This document shows, in pieces, positions 27,791-36,690 of a stretch of 64,000 nucleotides of DNA (position 1 is its first letter; each line of letters starts with the position of its first letter). A program made the translations under genes and the position numbers. The notes beneath the pieces are model-generated. The model searched no databases, was not told where the DNA came from, and saw only the letters and a list, made by a program, of their open reading frames with translations. The DNA comes from Gemmatimonadales bacterium (GTDB lineage: Bacteria > Gemmatimonadota > Gemmatimonadetes > Gemmatimonadales > GWC2-71-9): assembly GCA_035637355.1 (NCBI GenBank), contig DASPXJ010000003.1, positions 79-64,078 of the forward strand, given 5' to 3'.

Positions 27791-29406
27791 TGGCGATCAA
27801 AGGCTCGCTCAAGGAAGCGTCGCTTCCCGACGTGCTGCAGCTGCTCGCGTTGGGCCAGAAGACGGGCTGCCTGTCGATCGCCGACCGTTCCAACTTCGGC
27901 TACATCTATTTCGACAAGGGCCGCATCGCCTACGCGTCGATCGTCAACCGCCGCGACCGCCTGGGCGACATCCTCGTCAAGCACGAAAAGATCACCCAGG
28001 AGCAGCTCGACACCGCGATTCATCGCCAGGCCAAGGAACGCGACAAGAAGCTGGGCGAGATCCTCGTCAACCAGACGGTGATCTCGCAGCAGGAGCTCGA
28101 GCGCTACATGCGCATGCAGATCGAGGAGTCGGTCTACTACCTGTTCACGTGGACGCAGGGGACGTTCAACTTCGAGGCCGACGTCCGGCCGGAGCAGCAG
28201 GACTTCCTCGTCTCGATCAACCCCGAGTCGCTGCTGCTCGAGGGCGCCCGCCGCGTGGACGAGTGGGGCCTGATCGAAAAAAAGATCCCGTCGTTCGATC
28301 TCATCTTCCTCGTCGATCGCGACCGCCTCGCCATCAGCGATGCGAAGCTCACCGAGGTGCAGGAGCGGCTGCTGCCGCTGCTCGACGGCTCGCGCGACGT
28401 GAACCAGGTGATCGAAGACTCCGGGATGGGCGAGTTCGAGGTGGGCAAGGCGCTGTACGGGCTCGTCACGGCGGGGTTCCTGCATCGCGCGGGGCGCACC
28501 GCCAGCGCCGAAGACGTGAAGATGACCGACGCGCGCGTCGAGGAGCACCGCAATCTCGGCATCGCCTTCTACAAGACGGGCATGCTCGACGAGGCCGCGC
28601 GCGAGTTCCGCCGGGTTGCGGAGCTGCGGGGCAGCGACGCCAACGCGCACTTCTTCATCGGGCTCGTCGCGCTCAAGCAGGCGCGCTGGCGCGAGGCGAT
28701 GGAAGCGCTGCGCCTCGCGGCCGAGAAGGGCGGCTCGCGGCCCGCCGTGCTGCACAATCTCGGGTTGGCGTACGAACAGCTCGGCCGGCTGGAGGACGCG
28801 GAGGCGGCGTATTCCGAGGCGGCGACGCGCGCGCGCACCGACCCGCGCGTGTACGTGGGGTGGGGCGTCGTGGCCCTGAAGCAGGGCGACCTGGCGAGCG
28901 CGGCCGGCCGGCTCGACCGGGCGAAAGAGCTCTTTGCCGAGAAGATTCCGCCGATCTGGTTCTGGGCGCGCTCCCTCGCCGCCGCCGCCGCCGGGGATTT
29001 CGAGACCGCGGAGCAGGTGGCCGTGCAGGCCGTCGCGGCCCATCCCCAGAACGGCGTGCTGCGCAACAACCTTGCCGTGCTGCACGAGCTCGCCGGTGAG
29101 CTGCCCGAGGCGGAAGACCTGGCGCGCGCCGCCTTGCAGGACGAGCCGTCGCTGCCGCAGCTCTCCAAGAACCTCGGCGATCTCGCCTACCGCGGCTCCC
29201 GCTACGACGAAGCGTGGGGCCTGTATCAGCGCGTCATCGAGCTGTCCCCGGAGCTGGGCGACGACGTGTACTTCAAGCTCGGCAACATCGCCTACAAGCG
29301 GAACGACCGGGAGCAGGCGAGCGCGCTGTGGCATCGCGCCCTCGAGCTGAATCCGAAGCACGAACTGGTGAAAGCGAATCTGGACACCTTGAGCACGTTG
29401 TCGTGA
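27790..29406 (+). CDS. PATAN/DUF4388 domain - TPR protein (paralog 2)
   Basis: GSLKEASLPDVLQLLALGQKTGCLSIADRSNFGYIYFDKGRIAYA followed by a shared LLLEGARRVDEW block and a long TPR region. TAATG junction upstream. Confidence 0.7.
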   Translation: MAIKGSLKEASLPDVLQLLALGQKTGCLSIADRSNFGYIYFDKGRIAYASIVNRRDRLGDILVKHEKITQEQLDTAIHRQAKERDKKLGEILVNQTVISQQELERYMRMQIEESVYYLFTWTQGTFNFEADVRPEQQDFLVSINPESLLLEGARRVDEWGLIEKKIPSFDLIFLVDRDRLAISDAKLTEVQERLLPLLDGSRDVNQVIEDSGMGEFEVGKALYGLVTAGFLHRAGRTASAEDVKMTDARVEEHRNLGIAFYKTGMLDEAAREFRRVAELRGSDANAHFFIGLVALKQARWREAMEALRLAAEKGGSRPAVLHNLGLAYEQLGRLEDAEAAYSEAATRARTDPRVYVGWGVVALKQGDLASAAGRLDRAKELFAEKIPPIWFWARSLAAAAAGDFETAEQVAVQAVAAHPQNGVLRNNLAVLHELAGELPEAEDLARAALQDEPSLPQLSKNLGDLAYRGSRYDEAWGLYQRVIELSPELGDDVYFKLGNIAYKRNDREQASALWHRALELNPKHELVKANLDTLSTLS

Positions 29407-30185
29407 GCAAAGCTCCTCCGGAGCGAGCGTTCGATGCGTTGACCGAGAAGATCTCGCGTGAGCGGGGAGTGAGCTGCGGATCGTACAAAGACAAGTGCTT
29501 GAAGCGCCGCATCGCGGTCCGCATGCGCGCCCGCGGCGTCCACTCCTACGAAGACTACGCCACGGTGCTCGATCAGGATGCGCACGAGTATCAGGAGCTG
29601 CTCGACGCGCTGACGATCAACGTCACCAAGTTCTTCCGCAACCCCGAAACATGGACGGCGCTCCGTCCCTACCTCGAGCGACTGGCACAGCAGCGATCGA
29701 GCCTGCGAATCTGGTCGGCCGGATGCTCCTCCGGTGAGGAGCCCTACACGATCGCGGTCCTGCTGGCCGAGATCGGGGCGGGCGGATTCATCGATGCAAC
29801 CGACGTCGATCGCCTGAGCCTCGAACGGACGCGGCAGGCGAAGTATCCCGACACAGCGTTCAGTGAGATGCCGGTGACGTTGCGGCGCCGCTATTTTCAG
29901 GACGGCCAGCCCACGGCCCCGGTGCGCGAGCTGGTGCAGGTGCGCGCCCACGATCTGACCCGGCACCCACCTCCGCGCCCACCGTACGATCTCATCGCGT
30001 GCCGCAACGTGGTCATCTACTTCGAGCGAGCGGCGCAGGAGCGGCTGTTTCAGGTGTTCGTGGACGCGCTGGCGCCGGGCGGCGTGCTGTTGCTCGGCAA
30101 GGTCGAGACGCTGTTCGGCCCCGCGCGGAACAAACTGGCGCTCGAGGACCCGCGCGAGCGGATCTACACGAAGCCTCCGTCGTGA
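29403..30185 (+). CDS. cheR: chemotaxis protein methyltransferase CheR
   Basis: TKFFRNPETW, IWSAGCSSGEEPYTIA (SAM site), IACRNVVIYF. GTG 29403 overlaps the upstream stop (GTGA). Confidence 0.85.
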   Translation: MSKAPPERAFDALTEKISRERGVSCGSYKDKCLKRRIAVRMRARGVHSYEDYATVLDQDAHEYQELLDALTINVTKFFRNPETWTALRPYLERLAQQRSSLRIWSAGCSSGEEPYTIAVLLAEIGAGGFIDATDVDRLSLERTRQAKYPDTAFSEMPVTLRRRYFQDGQPTAPVRELVQVRAHDLTRHPPPRPPYDLIACRNVVIYFERAAQERLFQVFVDALAPGGVLLLGKVETLFGPARNKLALEDPRERIYTKPPS

Positions 30186-30664
30186 AGGAAGTTATCGTCA
30201 AAGTCGCCGACTGGGCGGCCGAGCGCGGGGATGGCGTGCTGATCACCCTCGGGCTCGGTTCCTGCGTCGCGATCATGCTGCACGATCCGCAGACGAAAGC
30301 CGGCGCGATGGCCCACGTCCTCCTGCCCTCGATCAGCCTGGCGCGCGACATCACCAACCGAGCCAAGTTTCCCGAGACCGCCGTGCCGTTGCTGGTCGAG
30401 CGTCTCAAGGCCCTGGGCGCCGATCCGCGGCGCCTGGTCGCCAAGCTCGCCGGCGGTGCCAGCATGTTCAGCCAGCTCGTCACACCCGGCACGATCCAGA
30501 TGGGCGAGCGCAACCTTCTGGCGTCGCGCAGTGCGCTGCGCGCGGCGCAGATCCCCATCATTCGGGAAGCGGTGGGCGGTGAGCGCGGCCGCAGCGTGCG
30601 CTTTCACGTCACCGACGGGCGCGTGGAAATCCGCTCCGTGGGGGAGCATGCCGACGTCATCTGA
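30182..30664 (+). CDS. cheD: chemoreceptor glutamine deamidase CheD
   Basis: [30 protein letters not shown] motifs. GTGA overlap with cheR. Confidence 0.85.
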   Translation: MKEVIVKVADWAAERGDGVLITLGLGSCVAIMLHDPQTKAGAMAHVLLPSISLARDITNRAKFPETAVPLLVERLKALGADPRRLVAKLAGGASMFSQLVTPGTIQMGERNLLASRSALRAAQIPIIREAVGGERGRSVRFHVTDGRVEIRSVGEHADVI

Positions 30665-31775
30665 CGCGCGGCCGACGGTCGTCGTGGCCGATGACAGCGC
30701 CCTGATGCGGCGCGTGCTCGTCGACGTCCTGGGCGGCGGCGATGCGGACAACGGCGCGTTCCGCGTGGTGGCCACGGCGCGCGATGGATTCGACGCCATC
30801 CGCAAAATCCACCAGCACAAGCCCGACGTCGTGACGCTCGATCTCGAGATGCCGCAGCTCGACGGCCTGGGCGCGATCGGCTACATCATGTCGGAATCGC
30901 CGCTCCCCATCGTCGTCGTCAGTGCGCACGCGGGGCCGGGCACCGCCACCGCGATCCGCGCGCTCGAGCTGGGCGCCGTCGAGATCGTCGCCAAGCCGCC
31001 CCCGCCACCCGATGGGTTCGGCCATCCGCGCGCCGCGCTCGCCGCGCTGGCGCCGCAGCTCATCGCCGCGGTGCGGCGCGCGCTCGCCGCGGACGTGTCG
31101 CACGTCAAAGTCCTGGCGCGGCCGCCGGCACCCGTCGTCCACCCTCCGGAGCTGGCACTGCGGGGCCGCGCGGCGCTCGCCGTGGGCGTGGCTGCGTCGA
31201 CCGGCGGGCCACGCGCCCTGACCGATCTCGTGCCGCGTCTCCCGACCGGCCACGGTGCGGCAGTGCTCATCGTGCAGCACATGCCGCCGAAGTTCACGCG
31301 CAGTCTCGCAGAACGGCTCGACTCGATAAGCCGGTTGCGTGTCGTCGAAGCGGACGACGGCGCACCGGTCGTCGCCGATACGGCGTACGTGGCGCCGGGC
31401 GATTATCATATGCGGGTGCGTTTCGCCCTCGACGGTCCCGTGATCGCGCTCGATCAATCCGCGCCGATCCACGGCGTCCGCCCCGCGGCCGATCCGTTGT
31501 TCCGCTCCATCGCCGAGGTGTATGGCGCACGCGGCGTCGGCGTCGTGCTGACGGGGATGGGGCGCGACGGCGCCGACGGGCTGCGCGCCATGCATGATGC
31601 GGGCGCGACCGGCGTCGCGCAGGATCGCGAGTCGGCGGTCATCGCCGGCATGCCGGTCGCCGCGGTGCAGGCGGGCGGGGTCGATGCCGTCCTGCCGCTC
31701 GGCCAGATCGCCGATTGCGTCGCGGCCGAGCTGGCACGAAGAGGGGGAGGGGGAGGGGGGGGCTCCAAGGAATGA
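30648..31775 (+). CDS. cheB: chemotaxis response regulator protein-glutamate methylesterase CheB
   Basis: REC domain ([26 protein letters not shown]) plus esterase domain ([30 protein letters not shown]). ATG 30648. Confidence 0.85.
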   Translation: MPTSSDARPTVVVADDSALMRRVLVDVLGGGDADNGAFRVVATARDGFDAIRKIHQHKPDVVTLDLEMPQLDGLGAIGYIMSESPLPIVVVSAHAGPGTATAIRALELGAVEIVAKPPPPPDGFGHPRAALAALAPQLIAAVRRALAADVSHVKVLARPPAPVVHPPELALRGRAALAVGVAASTGGPRALTDLVPRLPTGHGAAVLIVQHMPPKFTRSLAERLDSISRLRVVEADDGAPVVADTAYVAPGDYHMRVRFALDGPVIALDQSAPIHGVRPAADPLFRSIAEVYGARGVGVVLTGMGRDGADGLRAMHDAGATGVAQDRESAVIAGMPVAAVQAGGVDAVLPLGQIADCVAAELARRGGGGGGGSKE

Positions 31776-32194
31776 AGGGCTATCTGCTGGTGCGCGCCGA
31801 AGGAAAAGCGTACGGCTTCCCGGTCAATCGGGTGCTGGAGGTCGGCGATGCCACCGAAGTGCTCAGTATTCCGCGCAAGCTCCCGGCAATACGCGGCCTG
31901 ACGCCGTTGCGCGGCCGGCTCGTCCCCCTGATCCACCTCGGTGCGTTTCTCGCCGGCGGGGAAGCTCCCGCGGCGGCGCCCAGCGGTGCGCGCACCATCG
32001 TGCTGGTCGAGCTCGGCGCCGGCGGACGACATGTGGCGTTCGAGGTGGATGACGTGGATTCCGTCGTCCGCGAGCAGCCGCTGCCCGTTCCCCGCGGGCA
32101 CACGCTGCCTTGGGCGGCGGGTGTCGCGGAGCAGGAGGGCGGACACCTGGTGCCGATCCTCGACCTGGACGCCCTCGGAGACCGCATCGGATGA
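31772..32194 (+). CDS. cheW: CheW-like coupling protein
   Basis: 140 aa. [20 protein letters not shown]...[17 protein letters not shown]...[12 protein letters not shown] overlap with cheB. Confidence 0.7.
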   Translation: MKGYLLVRAEGKAYGFPVNRVLEVGDATEVLSIPRKLPAIRGLTPLRGRLVPLIHLGAFLAGGEAPAAAPSGARTIVLVELGAGGRHVAFEVDDVDSVVREQPLPVPRGHTLPWAAGVAEQEGGHLVPILDLDALGDRIG

Positions 32195-32661
32195 CGACGA
32201 CCGGGACCACGGGTGACGACGTCCAACTGGTCACCTTCAAGGTCGGCGGCCAGGACTTTGCGTTCAACATTTTTCAGGTGGAGCGCATCCTCCGGTATGA
32301 AGCGCCCGCGCCGCTGCCCAAAGCGCCCGAGTTCCTCGAAGGCGTGCTGCAGTATCAGGGCGGCGCCGTCCCGCTCGTCGATCTGCGCAAGCGTCTCGGC
32401 ACGCCGGCGCCGCTGCGGGAAGACACGCGCACCGTCATCCTCGAATTCGAGGGCGGCAAGATCGGCGTCATCGTCGATGCCGTGACCGAGGTGATGCAGG
32501 TGGCGGCACAGGCGGTGACGCCGCCGCCGGGAATCGTGAAGGGGCTGGCCGCGGAATACATCGCGGGCCTGGTCGTGCAAAACGGCCGCACGATCGTCGT
32601 GTTGAATACGAACAAGCTGCTCAATTCGAAGGAGAAACTGGCCTTGCAGGAAGTGTCATGA
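32191..32661 (+). CDS. cheW: CheW-like coupling protein
   Basis: 156 aa. LVTFKVGGQDFAFNIFQVERIL...LEGVLQYQGGAVPLVDL...IGVIVDAVTEV. ATGA overlap upstream. Confidence 0.8.
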   Translation: MTTTGTTGDDVQLVTFKVGGQDFAFNIFQVERILRYEAPAPLPKAPEFLEGVLQYQGGAVPLVDLRKRLGTPAPLREDTRTVILEFEGGKIGVIVDAVTEVMQVAAQAVTPPPGIVKGLAAEYIAGLVVQNGRTIVVLNTNKLLNSKEKLALQEVS

Positions 32662-33527
32662 CGGAGTCGCCGGTCGCCGCGTTGCGTCGCGAATACGATA
32701 TCATCGCGCGCCAGCTCGAGGGTGGGGGCCCGCCGGGAAACGCCGAGCGCGAAGCCGCCAAGCGCGAGATCATCGCGTTTTTCAAGAAGATCGACGGGAT
32801 GCTGGGCGAGATGACGCAGCTCAAAGACGACATCCGCCAGCTCGTCGATCGCTACAAGCAGATCGCCGCAGACACGAAACAGGCGGGCGCGCCCGAGTTC
32901 ACCGGCCAGCGGCCCGTGCTGCACGCCGATCACATCGGCGCGACCACGTTCATCGAAAAAGGCTGGAGCCTCATCTCCCTGGGCGACCATGCCGGCGCGA
33001 TTCAGGCGCTCACCAAGGCGCTGCAGCTCTCGCCGGGCGAGACGCAGGCCGAGTCGCTGCTCGGCTGGGCGCAGATGCTGCACGAGGATTACGACGACGC
33101 GCTCGGCACCTTTCAAAAAGTGCTGATGAAAGAGCCGGCGAACTCGCTGGCGCGCATCAACGTCGGCTACATCTGCCTGAAGAAGCGGATTTTCGGCGAG
33201 GCGATCGAGCACCTGTCGAAGGCGATCCGGCTCGACAACGACAAGAAGGCGACGCTGTACGCGCACTTCTATCTGGGGCTCGTCTACCTGCAGCGCGAGA
33301 TGTTCGAGGATGCGGAGACGTTCTTCCAGAAGACACTCAAGCTCGGCCCGAATCTGATCGAAGCCTATTACGAGCTGGGCCGCGCGCACTGGTTCGCGGG
33401 CGATCAAGCGAAGGCGAAATCCACCTGGGACGAGGGCTTCAAGGCGAACAAGTTCAATCCCTGGGGCAAGCGGTGCCAGGAGATGCTGGACCTCGTCGCC
33501 AAGGGCGAGGAGCCGCCGCGAGACTAG
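32658..33527 (+). CDS. TPR-repeat protein, terminal gene of the che/mgl operon
   Basis: 289 aa. Coiled-coil-like N-terminus then TPR repeats (GDHAGAIQALTKALQLSP, YDDALGTFQKVLMKEP, FGEAIEHLSKAIRLD). ATGA overlap with cheW. Confidence 0.7.
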   Translation: MTESPVAALRREYDIIARQLEGGGPPGNAEREAAKREIIAFFKKIDGMLGEMTQLKDDIRQLVDRYKQIAADTKQAGAPEFTGQRPVLHADHIGATTFIEKGWSLISLGDHAGAIQALTKALQLSPGETQAESLLGWAQMLHEDYDDALGTFQKVLMKEPANSLARINVGYICLKKRIFGEAIEHLSKAIRLDNDKKATLYAHFYLGLVYLQREMFEDAETFFQKTLKLGPNLIEAYYELGRAHWFAGDQAKAKSTWDEGFKANKFNPWGKRCQEMLDLVAKGEEPPRD

Positions 33528-34369
33528 GGCTGCTCTTCGTCGCTCTGCTGCTGCAGGCTCCCACGGCGACGGAAGTGGGTCGTGTGACGGCGATCGCGTG
33601 GCCGGGTCAGGAGGCGTTGGCGGCGGCGATCGCGGAGCAGGCCGACCGCGCGACGAACTTTCCCGGCATCGGTGCGCTTCCTGACCGGCCCCTCCGCATC
33701 ATCCTCGCGCCCGATCGTCAGACGTACGACTCGCTCACGCGTGGCCGGCTGCCGCTGTGGAGTGAAGGCGCCGCATTCCCCGATGCCGGCACGATCGTGT
33801 TGTTGGCGGTCGGGCCGTCCGGCCGTCCGGCTGTCGCGCTTCGTCATGAGCTCGCGCATCTGGCGCTGCGCTGGCAGGTCGGTCGCCGCGTGCCGCTGTG
33901 GTTCGAGGAAGGCTATGCGGCGGTCGCGGCACAGGAGTGGGATCGCCTCGACGCGTTGCGGCTCAACTGGCAGCTGGCGCGCGGCGTGCGCATGAATCTC
34001 GACGAAGTCGATCGCGCCTTGCGTGGCTCGCGCGGCGACGCCGAGGCGGGATATGCGCTGGCGGCGACGGCCGTTTTGCTGTTGGAGCGGTGGGGTGGCG
34101 AGCGGGGGCTCGCGCCGCTGATGGCGAACCTGTCGCAGGCGGAATCGTTCGATGCGGCGTTGCGCGCGACCTATCACATCACCGAGGGCGACTTCGAGCA
34201 GCGCTGGCAGCGCGACGTCGCATCGCGCTACGGCTGGCTGTCGTGGCTCGCCGCGATGGGCTTCTTCTGGCTGGCGATCGGCGCCGTGCTGGCGGCGCTG
34301 CTGGGGTTGCGCCGTCGCCGCGACCACGCAAAGCGGCAACTGCTTGACGAGCTTGAGATTGAGGAATAG
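33473..34369 (+). CDS. peptidase-MA-like (HExxH...E) metalloprotease-fold protein with signal peptide and C-terminal TM
   Basis: RHELAHLAL ... WFEEGYA gluzincin-like motif. N-terminal RLGLLFVALLLQAPTA signal-like segment if GTG 33473 is used (55-nt overlap with the upstream gene). C-terminal hydrophobic helix. Start uncertain. Confidence 0.55.
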   Translation: MPGDAGPRRQGRGAAARLGLLFVALLLQAPTATEVGRVTAIAWPGQEALAAAIAEQADRATNFPGIGALPDRPLRIILAPDRQTYDSLTRGRLPLWSEGAAFPDAGTIVLLAVGPSGRPAVALRHELAHLALRWQVGRRVPLWFEEGYAAVAAQEWDRLDALRLNWQLARGVRMNLDEVDRALRGSRGDAEAGYALAATAVLLLERWGGERGLAPLMANLSQAESFDAALRATYHITEGDFEQRWQRDVASRYGWLSWLAAMGFFWLAIGAVLAALLGLRRRRDHAKRQLLDELEIEE

Positions 34370-34374
34370 ACTCC

Positions 34375-34566
34375 GTGCCCATGCCGGACCAGACTCTCGC
34401 CCGCTCGCGCCTGCGCTTCGGACCGAAGAACTACATGGTTCTCGGTGGAGCGCTCGTGTCGCTCGCACTTGGCTACTGGTTGCTGTCGCGGGGTTCAACG
34501 ACGCTCGCGCCGGTGCTGCTCGTCCTGGGCTACTGTGTGTTGGTTCCAGTAGGCCTCGCCCTTTAG
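34375..34566 (+). CDS. small two-TM membrane protein (DUF3098-like)
   Basis: 63 aa. FGPKNYMVLGGALVSLALGYWLL ... LAPVLLVLGYCVLVPVGLAL. Two hydrophobic helices. GTG 34375 or ATG 34381. Confidence 0.45.
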   Translation: MPMPDQTLARSRLRFGPKNYMVLGGALVSLALGYWLLSRGSTTLAPVLLVLGYCVLVPVGLAL

Positions 34567-34589
34567 CACCTCGCTCCCCCAAATGGCCC

Positions 34590-34663
34590 GGGCGAATAGC
34601 TCAGCGGTTCAGAGCGCCTGCCTTACACGCAGGATGTCGGGGGTTCGAATCCCTCTTCGCCCA
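34590..34663 (+). tRNA. tRNA-Val (anticodon TAC)
   Basis: Hand-folded cloverleaf: acceptor GGGCGAA/TTCGCCC, D stem GCTC/GAGC, anticodon stem CCTGC/GCAGG with loop CTTACAC, T arm GGGGG-TTCGAAT-CCCTC, discriminator A. No encoded CCA. Confidence 0.9.
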
Positions 34664-34698
34664 TTGGTGTAGCAGCCTGTAACGGAGGAACGCACAAG

Positions 34699-36495
34699 GT
34701 GAGAGCGCTTCCATTCGCAGTGGCTCTAACGGTCGGTGTTGCGACAACGGCAGCCGCGCAGCTGGCCGCGCCGCAGGCGCCGAGTCAGAGACTTCTCGTC
34801 TTGCCGTTCGTGGCCTCGGCCGCTGATTCGGCGGGCAGCATCGCGCTGTCGGACGCGGTGCGGGATCGGCTCACCGCGCTGACGAAAAACAAGGTCCTGG
34901 TGGTGCCGAAGGCCAAGTTGTGCGAAGCACTCGCGGCCTCGGGATTCCCCTGCAACGGCTTGCTCGATGATCAGCAGGCGCGCCAGCTCGCGCGGTTCCT
35001 GCAGGTCCACGCGTACCTCACCGGCAGTTACGGGAAGAACGGCAACTCGCTCGCCGCCGACGTGCATTTGATCGACATCTCGAGCTCCGGCATGTCCGGC
35101 AGCTTCACGGTGACGAACGGCAATCCGGGAACGGCCATGGCGTTGGCCGACTCCATCGCGCAACGTGTCGCGATCATCGTGCGCATCAGCGAGCCGATCC
35201 GCAATTGCAACGACGAGCGCAAGAAGAGCCAGTTCGCGCGCGCGCGCGCCGAAGCGATGAAGGCGATCGCGGTGAGCCCCAATTCCCCGGGCGCCTGGCT
35301 GTGCATTGCGACGGTGTACGAAGCGCAGCGGATGCCGATCGACAGCGTGATCGCGGCGTCGCAGCGCGCGCTCAAGGATGACTCCCTCAACGGCACCGCG
35401 CTGGAAAACATCGCGCGCGGCTATCAGCAGAAGGGCGACACCCTCAAGGCGCTCGAGGCGTTCATCCAGCAGCTGCGCGGGGAGCCGCGCAACACGCAGA
35501 AGCGCCTCGGCATCGCGCAGCTGCTGCGGCAGATGAAGCAGTACGACCGGGCCATCGAGCTGCTGGACGAGGGCCTCAAGGTCGCGCCCGGCGATCCGCA
35601 GCTGCTCGACATGGAGCTGACGATTTGCAACGAGGCGAGCAAGTTCACCTGCTCGGCGCGCGTCTTCTATCAAAAGGCGCAGCACGACACCGCCCTGCTC
35701 GCGGACAGCACGTTCCTCAAGCCGGCGATCGGCGCAGCGCAGCAGGCGTCCGACACCGTCGCGCTGGACTTCTTCACCGCCGCGGCCGTCCGGCACTTCC
35801 CCGGCAACGCGAGTTTCCACCGGACGCGAGCGGCGGCGTATGAGATGCGCGGCAAGCTGGATTCAGCGATTGTTTCCCTGAACAATGCCTTGAAACTCGA
35901 GCCCAATGACGTCGGCACCAGTCTGCAGATCGCGAAGATCCTGATCGACCGCGCCGTGTGGGATACCGCCGGCAAGGCAGATACCGCCGGCGCGCGCATG
36001 CGGCGTGCGGTGTTCGTCCAAAAGGTGGACTCGGCAAAACCCTATCTGCGTCCCGGACTCGGGTCGGCCGATTCCACCCAGCGCCTCGCGGGGGCGGTCA
36101 TGATGCTGACGGCCGGTTCCAAGCTCGCGCAGGCGGGGGCGTACGACGGGGCGTACCCGTGGCTCGACACGTTGCTCCAGATCATCGCGCCGAAGAGCGC
36201 GGCGGACACGTTGGGCCCAAAACACCAGGTCCGGATCAATGCGAGCTTCTGGTACGGACTATCATCAGTGCTGACGCTCCAGCCGGTGTACAAGGCCATG
36301 TCCGAGGCAAAAGGAGCGGCTCGCTGCCCCGCGGCGCGCGCCGTCTTCGAGCGCTTGTCGCGCACCAAGGCGTCGCTGCAACTGGGCCGGCGCGTACACC
36401 CGCCGACGGCGGATCAGATGCTCGGCTTCGTGCGGCAGTACGAGGCCGCCAAGCCGCAGGTGCAAAAAGCCTTCAAGTGCTCGCCGCCGGTGTGA
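34699..36495 (+). CDS. secreted TPR-like/helical-repeat hypothetical protein
   Basis: 598 aa. Signal peptide MRALPFAVALTVGVATTAAAQ. TPR-like segments (GDTLKALEAFIQQL, YDRAIELLDEGLKVAP, LDSAIVSLNNALKLEP). GGAGGAAC upstream of GTG 34699. Confidence 0.6.
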   Translation: MRALPFAVALTVGVATTAAAQLAAPQAPSQRLLVLPFVASAADSAGSIALSDAVRDRLTALTKNKVLVVPKAKLCEALAASGFPCNGLLDDQQARQLARFLQVHAYLTGSYGKNGNSLAADVHLIDISSSGMSGSFTVTNGNPGTAMALADSIAQRVAIIVRISEPIRNCNDERKKSQFARARAEAMKAIAVSPNSPGAWLCIATVYEAQRMPIDSVIAASQRALKDDSLNGTALENIARGYQQKGDTLKALEAFIQQLRGEPRNTQKRLGIAQLLRQMKQYDRAIELLDEGLKVAPGDPQLLDMELTICNEASKFTCSARVFYQKAQHDTALLADSTFLKPAIGAAQQASDTVALDFFTAAAVRHFPGNASFHRTRAAAYEMRGKLDSAIVSLNNALKLEPNDVGTSLQIAKILIDRAVWDTAGKADTAGARMRRAVFVQKVDSAKPYLRPGLGSADSTQRLAGAVMMLTAGSKLAQAGAYDGAYPWLDTLLQIIAPKSAADTLGPKHQVRINASFWYGLSSVLTLQPVYKAMSEAKGAARCPAARAVFERLSRTKASLQLGRRVHPPTADQMLGFVRQYEAAKPQVQKAFKCSPPV

Positions 36496-36502
36496 CGCGC
36501 CG

Positions 36503-36531
36503 TTGAATTGACCTGACCCCCGGTCTATATT
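36503..36531 (+). promoter_or_regulatory. sigma70-like promoter candidate for tRNA-Asp
   Basis: TTGAAT (36503-36508), 17-nt spacer, TATATT (36526-36531), about 22 nt upstream of the mature tRNA 5' end. AT-rich hexamers are rare in this GC-rich sequence. Confidence 0.45.
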
Positions 36532-36552
36532 CCGGCGCTCCGCGAGGGGCTT

Positions 36553-36626
36553 GGGGCTGTAGCTCAGCTGGTTAGAGTGCCGGTCTGTCACACCGGAGGT
36601 CGCGGGTTCGAGCCCCGTCAGCCCCG
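36553..36626 (+). tRNA. tRNA-Asp (anticodon GTC)
   Basis: Acceptor GGGGCTG/CAGCCCC, anticodon stem CCGGT/ACCGG with loop CTGTCAC, T arm GCGGG-TTCGAGC-CCCGT, discriminator G. Confidence 0.9.
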
Positions 36627-36647
36627 CTCTGAGAACCGTCGATTTTG

Positions 36648-36680
36648 AAACCCCCGCCCCATCTCGGCGGGGGTTTTCTT
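36648..36680 (+). terminator. rho-independent terminator after tRNA-Asp
   Basis: Stem CCCCCGCC (36651-58) / GGCGGGGG (36666-73), 7-nt loop, followed by TTTTCTT. Confidence 0.7.
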
Positions 36681-36690
36681 ATGTTGGAGC

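Noticed and set aside
34590-36626. Considered a genomic island between tRNA-Val and tRNA-Asp
   Set aside because: Only one ordinary high-GC gene lies between them. There is no integrase, no phage or transposase genes, and no obvious direct repeat of a tRNA 3' end.
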